64,000 nucleotides of DNA from Anaeramoeba ignava BMAN (Eukaryota > Protista > Anaeramoebae): contig JAPDFW010000022.1 of NCBI GenBank assembly GCA_028826165.1, positions 628,758 to 692,757 of the forward strand. Direction: 5' to 3'. The translations under genes were made by a program, and so were the position numbers. Below are positions 13,026 to 23,550 of the stretch, in pieces (position 1 is the stretch's first letter; every line of letters starts with the position of its first letter). The notes beneath the pieces were generated by a model. The model did not search any database. It was not told the DNA's origin and worked only from the letters and a program-made list of their open reading frames with translations.

Positions 13026-13315
13026 TTATTTCTTTTTTTTTTCGTATTCATTTTTATTTGGTTGAAGAATTGGACTAACCCATTTTTGAAAGACTGCCTT
13101 TGCAAAAGATCTTCCAAATCCAATTGCAACTCCATAAACAAAGGGTTCAGCAACCTTTTAATTCATTTTAAAAGATATTTTTTCATTTTTTCAATTTTTA
13201 AATTAAATTAAAATTTTTTAAATGATTTATTTACCAAATGTATAAATTTATAATAAGTATCTCCAAAAAAACTGCTTTCATCTTTTTCTTCTTCTTCTCC
13301 TTTTTTGGTATTCAT
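13026..13315 (-). CDS. 69-aa single-pass membrane protein, Mim1/Tom13-like; exons 13315-13235 and 13154-13026
   Basis: An 80-nt GT-AG intron (13155-13234, phase 0) gives MNTKKGEEEEKDESSFFGDTYYKFIHLVAEPFVYGVAIGFGRSFAKAVFQKWVSPILQPNKNEYEKKKK*. The PFxxGxxxGFG motif resembles fungal Mim1 (PFxNGxMLGFGELFA). The gene model is solid; the homology is tentative. Confidence 0.6.
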
Positions 13316-13653
13316 TTTAATTTCAATATAAAAATAAATTTAAAAATTTAAAAAAATGAAAGAAAAAAATGATTTTTAATTTTTCAATTTTTTTAATTTT
13401 TTTAATTTAATTTTTTTAAAAAAAAAAAGATCATTTGAATTAAGAAAGAAATTTGGTTTTAAATTCAAAATGAAGTTTAATTTTGAAAATAAAAAAAATT
13501 TTCTCTTTTTGTTTTTTTTTTCCAATTTCCAAATTTGAAGTTTTTTTTTTAAAGAAAGAAAAAATTCGAATTAAAGAAAGAAAAGGTGAACGAAAAAGGA
13601 GAAGATATCAATATTTTGATATTAAAGTTTGAAAATTTAAATCTAAAAGAAAT

Positions 13654-15438
13654 TTAATTATCTTTGCTATCATCAGTGTCAGTGTTACTGTCAGTTTCAG
13701 TGTTACTGTCACTAAACAAATTACTATCATCATCATCACCATCACTTTTGCTATCATCATCATCATCACTCTTACTAACATCATCACTCTTTTTATCATC
13801 ATCACTCTTTTTATAATCATTGTCATTGTCACTGTCACTTGAAGAACTAAATATTTTTTTTTCGTTTTCATTTTCGTTTTCGTTTTCGTTTTGTTTTTCA
13901 TTTTCGTTTTCGTTTTCATTTTGTTTTTCATTTTCGTTTTGTTTTTCTTTGTCTTCTTCATAAGATTTATTCTCACTCATTTCATTATCATCATCATCAT
14001 CATCAGAAAAAGTAATAGAATCTGACAAATCAGAATCAGATTTCTCAATTTTGTTTTCTGATTGATTTTCTTGTATATTCAAAGTTGAAATTTCCTGATT
14101 ATCTTGAATTTGCTTTTCATTTTTATTTTCATTTTCATTTTCATTTTCATTTTCTTTATCTTCTTGTTTCTCTTCTGCTTCTATCTGATTAATTTCAATT
14201 GAAATGGTTGATTTTAAATCTTGGATAGTTCCTAGCAAATTACTATGATTGTCTTGTTTCAAAGAATCAAGAATTTGAATTTTCTGTTGAATTTGCTCTT
14301 GAATAGTAAGATCTGTATTTGGATTCAATTTTGATAATTCTGATATTTGTTTTTCTTTTGGTGATTCTGAACTTAATTGTGGGACTTTAGTTTCCACTTC
14401 GGTAACTTGAATTGGTTTTGGCTTTTGTTTTTGTTTTTTATCCTTCAAATTTTCCATCTCAATTCGTTTGGAAACTCGATTTCGAAGTCTTTGAAGAAGA
14501 GAATCTTTTGAATCTCTTAAAAATCCTGACTTTTTCTTTTTTTGACTCTTCTTTTGATCTAAATGTTCATCTTCTGAATGAGATTTTTCTTTTGCTGAAT
14601 GAGATTGCTTTTCGTTTTCAGAATAAGAATTAGATTGACTTGATTCAACATTTTTCTTTTGCTTTTTGGCTTGTTTTTCTGGATGGGATTTTATATGTTT
14701 CTTAGGAATTTTTGTTGGACTTTTTGCTTTTTTTTTATTTTTAACTTGATTTTGATCTTGATTTTGATTTTGATTTTGATTTTGATTTTTAATTTGATTT
14801 TTAGTTTGATTTTTATTTGATTTTGTTTTCTTGGTTTGTTTTTCTTTAACAGATTTTAATGGCGGATCACGAGTTTTATAGGGAGTATTTTTACTCTTAT
14901 TCTGCTGTGTCTTTCTTGCAAAATTCGGAACGGATGGCTTTATAGAAGGTCTTGAATTTGATTGTTTTGAATTTGTTCTTAAAAGATAACGAGAAGTTGG
15001 ATTCATAAGTTGTGATAGAAAATTCGATTTCTTTTGGCTGATATTATGTCTTGTTCGTGAAGGATTAACCGCCATTGAATTTCGCGGTTTTGTTGTCTGT
15101 TTTGTTGTTTTTTGAGCAGGTTTTGAACCAAAACGATTGACAGTTTTTTTGGAATCGTTTATTTTTTTCACATTTGGATTAATTGGCTTTTGTTTTTGCT
15201 GTTTTTCTAAATATGATCGATTTCGGTTGTTTGTTTGATTCTCTCTATTTGATGTTGTTGTTCGTTTCGTCTTCGTTTTTGTTGAATTATCTCGACTTGA
15301 TTGGTTTGTAAATTTGGAAATAAAATCAGTGAACTCTTGCATACTTTTTTTTAATGTACTGTTTTCTTCAATAAGCTGATTATTAATTTGCTCCAACTCA
15401 GCAATTCTTTCTAAAAGTGTTTCTGTATTATCAACCAT
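13654..15438 (-). CDS. Hypothetical 594-aa low-complexity protein (N-terminal coiled coil, basic middle, acidic D/S tail)
   Basis: Single-exon ORF starting with ATG after poly-A/T flank. No recognisable folded domain. Confidence 0.75.
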   Translation of the reverse strand: MVDNTETLLERIAELEQINNQLIEENSTLKKSMQEFTDFISKFTNQSSRDNSTKTKTKRTTTSNRENQTNNRNRSYLEKQQKQKPINPNVKKINDSKKTVNRFGSKPAQKTTKQTTKPRNSMAVNPSRTRHNISQKKSNFLSQLMNPTSRYLLRTNSKQSNSRPSIKPSVPNFARKTQQNKSKNTPYKTRDPPLKSVKEKQTKKTKSNKNQTKNQIKNQNQNQNQNQDQNQVKNKKKAKSPTKIPKKHIKSHPEKQAKKQKKNVESSQSNSYSENEKQSHSAKEKSHSEDEHLDQKKSQKKKKSGFLRDSKDSLLQRLRNRVSKRIEMENLKDKKQKQKPKPIQVTEVETKVPQLSSESPKEKQISELSKLNPNTDLTIQEQIQQKIQILDSLKQDNHSNLLGTIQDLKSTISIEINQIEAEEKQEDKENENENENENKNEKQIQDNQEISTLNIQENQSENKIEKSDSDLSDSITFSDDDDDDNEMSENKSYEEDKEKQNENEKQNENENENEKQNENENENENEKKIFSSSSDSDNDNDYKKSDDDKKSDDVSKSDDDDDSKSDGDDDDSNLFSDSNTETDSNTDTDDSKDN

Positions 15439-15679
15439 TTAAATTTTAAGCAAAAAAATAAAAGCAAAAAAAAAATTATTAAAGCAAAAAAAAAAATGAA
15501 AAAAAATGAAAAAATTAATTTTTTTTTTCCTTTTTTAATTAAAAAGGGGAAAAAATTTTAAATTTTTTTTATTAATTTATGATTAATTTTTTTTAATTGT
15601 GAGTCATTTAAAAGAAAAGAAAATAATGAAAGTAAAACAAATCAAATCAAAAAGTTATAATTTTCAATTCTTTTTTGTT

Positions 15680-17239
15680 TTAAACAAAAATAGAAATTCT
15701 TCCTAAAAATTTAACAAAGTAAACTAATGAAAATTTTGAAAAAAAATAACTCAATAATCCAAATAAAATTGATAAAGGAAGTGCTGGAAGAGAAGAACGA
15801 AAAATAAAAAGTAAGAAAAGTGTAAAACTTAATCCCTAAATTATTTAATTTCACAAAATAAGAAAAAAATTTTTTTTTTGTTCCACTTTTTTCTTTTTTT
15901 TTTTTTTTTGATTTAATTTAATTTACAACTAAAATTGCAATAAAACAAGAAATAACTGCAACATAATCATAAAAACAAGCTCTTGTTATTAAAACATTAT
16001 AAAAAATAAAATCTCCTAATCCTAATTTTATATTCCATTTAGATAAAATTTCGAAATCTTTTTCTAAAAGAAAATGAAAGAATTTTTTGAGTTTTTTTTT
16101 TTAAGAATTTTTCAAAAAGAAATTTACCATTTGATTGAGTTTTTTCGTCATTATTATTATTGTTATTGTTATTATTATTTTTGATATTTTCATTTGTATT
16201 AAGAATATTTGTATGAACAATCCAAAGACAAGCTAAAGAAAAAATGAAAAAAAAATCAATTAAAATCAATTAAAAAAATAATCAATTAAAAATACATGTA
16301 TAAATAAATCCAGGCAAATCAATCTTTTTATTTCTTGATTGACTTATTAAAATTTTCAAAGGTCCTTTTGTTGAAAGAACTGCAAAAATATCTTTAAATT
16401 TAAAATCAAAATGATAAAAAAAGAATTTCCTTTGAGTTTAAAATCAGAATAATAGTAATAATAATTAAGATGATAACTGTTTTCCATACCATAAAAAGCA
16501 ATTAAAATTAAAACAACCCAAGTTGTAATTTTTGGTAATTGTGATATTGTTATTGAAACCAAAATTCCAATCAAAATTAAATATCCTTGTTGAATTTTTT
16601 TTGGACCTTTCCAAAATAAAACAATAACACCAACAACAGAAATATTATAAAGAATAAAGAGAAAAGAAAACCAATCCATTCCAAAATTTACAGCTTTTAG
16701 ACAATCTCTATTAAAAAACAATAAGACATTCCGAGGATTTTTTATATTGAATAAAATCTTGAATCAACACTTTTTTCTTTATATTTTGTTTTGTTTTGTT
16801 TTGTTTACAAAAAGAAATTTCCACCCAAAGCCGCCAATGATAAAGAAGAAGAAATCAAAACCCAACCAAATATTATTTTCATCAATCCTTTCTTCAATAA
16901 ATAAATCAGTAAGAGCGTTGACAAAACAACAAAAAAGATGAAGAAAAAAGCGTTGATTATTGAATAAATAATTTTTTTTGATAAAGGATCACTTGATTTT
17001 TCAGGAAAAATAACCAATTCAGAAATATCACTTTTTTTCTGTAATTTCTCTTCATCATAAATATTTGTCATGATTATAATTATAGAAATCATTGATAAAG
17101 AAACTGGAAATAAAATATTTATAAATTTTTGTGATAAAAGTTGAATATAATCATTATTTAAAGGAAAAAGATGCATTTCTAAATTTTTGAAAATGTTTTG
17201 AAGAGATCTAAATGTATTCCTGAAAAAAGATATTTTCAT
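15680..17239 (-). CDS. PSEN: Presenilin (A22A GxGD intramembrane aspartyl protease); 6 exons
   Basis: Splicing 5 GT-AG introns restores TTWVVLILIAFY|DIFAVLSTKGPLKIL (YD catalytic Asp), IKLGLGDFIFY (GxGD) and LPALPLSI (PAL). Stop at 15680-15682. Confidence 0.93.
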
Positions 17240-17360
17240 TTTAGAAAAAAATAAAAAAATGAAAAAATGAAAAATTCAAAAATAAATTTTTTCATTTTTT
17301 TCTTCTTCTTCTTTTTGTTGTATTAAATTAAATCAAAAAATAATTAACGAAAAAAAGTTA
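17240..17360. promoter_or_regulatory. Putative bidirectional promoter/5'UTR between the divergent presenilin and TAF1B genes
   Basis: Only 121 bp separate the two head-to-head ATGs, with an A-tract on one side and a T-tract on the other. Confidence 0.5.
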
Positions 17361-20300
17361 ATGAGTCAAAAACCTCGTTTAATTTGTCAAGCTTGTGGAG
17401 GAGATCGATTTACTCAAACACAAGAAGGGAGATATGTTTGTATATTTTGTAGTTTACAATCACAAGAATTTATTCCTGAAGAAAATGAATTTGAACCAGA
17501 TCAACGATCAAATTTTTTTCATCGCAAAAAAAGAGATCGAAAACGTTTAAAAAAAATCAAAATTCAGGAATCAATTGATACTTATAATATTTGTCTTTAT
17601 ATTCAGTGTTTAACCGTTGAACAAACCAAAATAATGATTGAAAAATTTAAAGTTAATCCAAAAATTATGGGATTTGTCAAAGAGATCTGGTTTCGATTTA
17701 TGAAGAAATGGAGTAAAAGAAGAGAAGGAAAAGTGATACCAAATGAAGACCAATCGATTCCAGCTCAATTTTTTAAAGAAATCAATCATAGTTTTTATAT
17801 ATTAAAAGCCTATATTAGTGTGATATTTGTTTATATTGGGTTGTTATGGTTTAGAGAGCCTGTTTATGATTTCCAAATGTTGTATTGGGTTCGTACTGCT
17901 GATTTACCTTTTTATAATGCAATAGAAGTTATTAAAAAATATCATTCAGAATTTCAACTTACGAAAACTGAAATTTATCTTTTGAAACCTTATGTAAAAT
18001 TCAAATTCAAAATCAAATTCAAAATCAAATTAAAATCAAAATTAAAATCAAAATAAATCAAATTCAAAATCAAATTCAAAATCAAATTCAAAATTAAAAA
18101 TCAAATTCAAAATCAAAATCAAAATCAAATTCAAAATCAAATTCAAAATTAAAATCAAAATCAAAATCAAATTCAAATTCAAATTCAAATTTAAATTCAA
18201 AATCAAAATCAAATTTAAATTCAAAATCAAAATCAAATTCAAATTTAAAATCAAATTCAAATTCAAAATCCAAATCAAATTCAAATTTAAAATCAAAATC
18301 AAAATCAAATTCAAATTTAAAATCAAATTCAAAATCCAAATCAAATTTAAATTCAAAATCAAATTTAAAATCAAATTTAAAATCAAAATCAAAATCAAAT
18401 TCAAAATCAAATTCAAAATCAAATTCAAAATCAAATTCAATTTCAAATTCAAAATCAAAATTAAAAATCAAATTAAATTTAAAAATTTTAAAATTTCCTT
18501 TTTCTATTTCTCTCATTTAGTCACCTCCTAAAATCAGTAATTTTTCGTTTAAAATTATTTCTCTTATCAAATTATTAGATCTTGAAGATCAATTTCCACA
18601 ACCAAATAGTCATCTTATGGTTCATCATATTATGACTTATCATTTTCCTTTACCAAATGATCTTATTAATTTATCTATGAAATTGATATTTTATTTCCCA
18701 CTTCGTGATGATATTTATGCCTATAATTCATTAACAATTAAGTTACTTGCATATGTTGTTTTGTCTTGTAGATTTTATTTCAATTTTAAAAAAAAGGGGA
18801 AATTAGGTGGTAGAAAAATTTTTAATATGAATAATTTGAAAAATGCTTGGTTTAAAAAGAGAAAGAATCATCCTCAAAATATTTATGATTCTGGATTTTT
18901 ATTTGATAAACAAGAAAAATTAATTTGTTATTTAAATTTTTGTCGTGAATCCTTTTTTTTTGTTTTACCATCAGTTCAATACGAAATGCCAATTTTGGAA
19001 CAATTAATTGAAGAATTTGAACAAAACCAAAAGGGAATTTTCACAAAAAATATGGAAACAGAAAGTGAAAATGATAATGAATCAAATGATAATGAATCAA
19101 ATAAAAATAAATCAAATGAAAATGAATCAAATGAAAATGAATCAAATAAAAGTAAATCAAATAAAAATAAATCAAATAAAAATAAATCAAGTGATAATGA
19201 ATCAAATAAAAATGAATCAAATAAAAATAAATCAAATAAAAATAAATCAAATAAAAATAAATCAAATAAAAATAAATCAAATAAAAATAAATCAAATAAA
19301 AGTAAATCAAATAAAAATAAATCAAATAAAAATAAATCAAATGAAAATGAATCAAGTGATAATGAATCAAATGATAATCAATCAAATGATAATGAATCAA
19401 ATGAAAATCAATCAAATGATAATGAATCAAATGAAAGTGAATCAAATGATAATGAATCAAGTGATAATGAATCAAATGATAATGAATCAAATGAAAATGA
19501 ATCAAATGAAAATCAAATGAAATCAATCAAATGAAAATGAATCAAATAAAAATAAATCAAATAAAAATAAATCAAATGAAAATGAATCAAATAAAAATGA
19601 ATCAAATAAAAATGAATCAAATAAAAATAAATCAAATAAAAATAAATCAAATGAAAATGAATCAAGTGATAATGAATCAAATGATAATGAATCAAATGAT
19701 AATGAATCAAATGAAAATGAATCAAATGATAATGAATCAAATGAAAGTGAATCAAATGAAAGTGAATCAAATGAAAGTGAATCAAATGAAAGTGAATCAA
19801 ATGAAAGTGAATCAAATGAAAATGAATCAAGTGATAATGAATCAAGTTATAATCAATCAAATGAAAATGAATCAAATTATAATGAATCAAATGAAAATGA
19901 ATCAAATGAAAATGAATCAAATGAAAATGAATCAAATGAAAATGAATCAAATGAAAATGAATCAAATGATAATCAATCAAATGAAAATGAATCAAGTGAT
20001 AATGAATCAAATGAAAATGAACCAAATGAAAATGAATTAAATTATAGTGAATCAAGTGATAATGAATCAAATGATAATGAATCAAATGATAATGAATCAA
20101 ATGATAATAAATCAAATGATAATAAATCAAATGAAAATCAAAAAAATGAAAAATCCAAGAAAAAAAAAAAGCGGAAGCATGAAGATAGCGAAGAAGAAAA
20201 TCAAATAAATAATAATAATAATAACAATAACAATAACAATAACAATAACAATAATAACAATAATAATAATAATAACAACGAAAACGAAAATGAAAATCAA

Positions 20301-20627
20301 ATGAGAATTGAATCTGAAAATGAAAATCAAAATCAAAATCAAAATCAAAATCAAAATCAAAATCAAAATCAAAATCAAAATTCAACTGAATATGATCTTC
20401 GAGATTTAGAAGAAATGAAACCTATACTTGAAAAAATAAAATCTAATCAAACAGAATTATGCAGTAATTTTAAAAACTATTATTATGGAGATAATGGTTT
20501 TGAATTTGATACTAGATATTCTTTTTTAATTTATACTTTCTCAACAATATTTGAAATTTCTCCAAAAAAACTTCATCTTGCTGTCAAAATTTTAGAACAA
20601 AGAGTTATTGATTTTTTGAGAAAATAG
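17361..20627 (+). CDS. TAF1B: RNA polymerase I initiation factor TAF1B/Rrn7-like; exons 17361-17993 and 18521-20627, apparent frameshift near 19515
   Basis: N-terminal Zn ribbon CQACGG...EGRYVCIFCSLQSQE and cyclin-fold block FVYIGLLWFREPVYDFQMLYWVRTADLPF. Intron 17994-18520 joins in frame. Long 15-bp (NESNE/NKSNK) coding repeat at 19070-20130. Confidence 0.75.
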
Positions 20628-20864
20628 ATTGTTGACTTTTTCTTCTTTGTTTAAATTTGATCCAAAAATATATATATATATATTATATATATTATATATC
20701 AATGTCAATTTTGCTTTTCAATGTCAATTTATTTAAAAAAAAATATTTCTTTTTTTAGATTTAAATTTAGATCTATTTTAAAAAAAAAACAAATTTATTT
20801 TTCTTCTTTCATTCTTTCCAAAAAAAAAAAAGGAATTTATAATAATTTACTATAAAATTTAAAA

Positions 20865-23181
20865 ATGATTAAAAGAAAAAGAAAAAATGGTTTGAAAATT
20901 AAAAATTAAAATTAATTAAAAATTAAAATTAAAATTAATTTTTTTCTTCTTCTTTTTGATCTTTTTGATCTTTTTTTTTTTTAAAATAGTTTCTCCTCAT
21001 TTAGAATTTGAAGATTTAGAAAGAGTTTCAAATAATATGAGAAAATTATTATTATTAAATGGAAAAGATTTTTCTGATGTCAAAATTATAGTTGAAAATA
21101 ATTCTAAAAATTTTAATTGTCATTGGATGATTTTGAATTTGAATTCAACTTATTTTGCAGAACTTTTTAATTCAAAATTTAAAAAAAATTCAAAAAATAC
21201 AAAGAAAACAAAACCATTAATTTCTCGTTCTAAAGTTTCAAAAGGATTTAATTCTCCTTTTTTTATTCCTAATTCAAAAAATATTTCAAAAAATATTTCA
21301 AAAAATATTTCAAAAAAAATTTCAAAAAAAATTGGAATTTATGATGAAAAAATAAGAGATTTGGTTCAAAATGAAGAAAATTTAGAATTGAATTCAATAA
21401 TTAATTTAAACAAAATAAATCAAGAATCAAAACAATTAAATCAATTAAATGAATTAAATGAATTAAATCAAGAAATAAATCAATTAAAACAAGAATTAAA
21501 TCAAGAAGTAAATAAAGAAGTAAATCAAGAAGTAAATCAAGAAGTAAATCAAGAAGTAAATCAATTAAATAAAGAATCAAATCAAGAAGTAAATCAAGAA
21601 GTAAATCAAGAAATAAATCAAGAAGTAAATCAAGAAGTAAATCAAGAAGTAAATCAAGAAGTAAATCAAATGAATCAAGAAGTAAATCAAGAAGTAAATC
21701 ATTTAAATCAAGAAATAAATCAAGAAGTAAATCAAGAAGTAAATCAAATGAATCAAGAAGTAAATCAAGAAGTAAATCATTTAAATCAAGAAATGAATCA
21801 AGAAGTAAATCAAGAATTGAATCAAGAATTGAATCAAGAAATGAATCAAGAAGTAAATCAAGAAATGAATCAAGAAGTAAATCAAATGAATCAAAAAATC
21901 GAAATCCAAAAAGAAATGGAATTTTTTGATATTTATTCTGAAATTGATGAAAAGGAAGAAAATATAATAAGATTCCCTGAAATAAAAGCACAAATCATGG
22001 CAAATGTTCTCCTTTTTCTTTATTCAGGTAAAATTCAATTTAAAACTGAAAATGTTGTTGAAATTATGAAAGTGGCACATCAATTGAAAATTGACAAACT
22101 AACAGAATTTGGAGAAGAATTTATTGTTGAACATACAAAAATTCCAAATGTGATTGATTTCTTTGAAATTGGAGTTGAATTCAAGTCACAATACGTGAAA
22201 GAAAATTGTCTCCATTTTATCGAAAAAAACATTTCTGAATTGATAAAAAATGCAAGCTTTTTCAAATTGAAAAAAGAAACACTTGATTTAATACTTAAAC
22301 AAGAAAAACTAGAAGTGTATGAAGAATTGGAACTTTTTTATGCAATAATCAAATGGGGACAATCTCAAAATGGATTGCCAGTTCAAGAAATTCCAAAAGA
22401 AAAACAAGATGAAAAAGTTATTAATCTGGTGAAAGATCTAATCAAATATATCCGCTTTATTGACATCCCTTCAGACGATTTCTTTAATTTGGAAGCCTTA
22501 GGAATTATTCCCGAACAAATTTTATTTGAGGTTTATCGATATCATTCAATTCCAAATGATCAAAAAATGAAAATTGTGGAAAAAAACAAGAACAGCAAAG
22601 AAACATTTATTTTTCATTCAAGACAAAACAATTTAAAACAAATCTTGGAAGAATCAAAAATTCTGACAAAAGAAACTGTTGATATTTTAAGCGATTGGCT
22701 TGAAGAATTCAAGAATTTCAAGCTTTCTTTTCAAGCAACAAGAAACGGATTTCATGCGAAATTTTTCCACAGATTTTGTGACAACAAAGGAAAAGCACTA
22801 GTTATTTATCAAACACAAGATAATTATATTTTTGGAGGATTTACTTCACTTGGATTTGAATCTGGTGAAGATCGAAATATTCTTGATCCTCTTGCTTTTA
22901 TTTTCTCTTTGTCAAATCCTTTTAATACTCCTCCCTTGAAATTTTCTTTGAGAAATCATGACCAAATTGCTGTCCGTTATTATGCAAATAATGGCCCCAC
23001 TTTTGGCAGTGGTCATGATATTTGTGTGAATTCTTCTTTGAAAGTCGGTTATACTAATTTTGGTGAATCTTTTTTACTTCCTGACCAAATCGCAAGAGGT
23101 TCTATTCAAGCAAGATCTTTTCTTGCTGGATCTTATCAAGGATGGAAGTTAAAAGAACTTGAAGTTTTTACTGAAAAATAA
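20865..23181 (+). CDS. BTB/POZ-BACK-TLDc protein; exons 20865-20889 and 20990-23181
   Basis: FSDVKIIV...FNCHWMILNLNSTYFAELF (BTB first half), IRFPEI...VLLFLYSGKI (BTB second half), EELELFYAIIKWG...IRF (BACK), FQATRNGFHAKFFHRFCDNKG...IFGGFT...GPTFGSGHDI (TLDc). Confidence 0.9.
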
Positions 23182-23550
23182 TCAAAAAAATAAAAATCAA
23201 ATCAAAAAAAATAAAAAAAGTGGAACAAAAATATTTTTTTTTTTGCTTTTTGATTTTCTTTATTTTTTGCCAATAATTTTCTTTTCATTTTGTTTTGTTA
23301 ATCTTCCTTTCAAAATTGAAAACAAATAGACAAAAAAAAAAAGAAAAAAAAAAAAAAAAGAAAAAAAAGAAAAAAAGAATCTGTTAAAAAAAATTTAGAA
23401 ACACAATCAGATTCATGTTGAAAATTAGAAAGATAATGAGTCTAAAATAAAATTTGTGATAAAAAAATTTGAAAGAAAGAATGGATTAATTAATTAATTA
23501 ATTAATGAATTAAGGAAAAAAAAAACAACACAATCCAAATTTTTTTTTAA

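Noticed and set aside
19041-20385. His-rich HLIHF/HLIHY ORFs on the minus strand as a metal-binding protein
   Set aside because: Antisense translation of the 15-bp NESNE repeat in TAF1B, with no independent gene structure.
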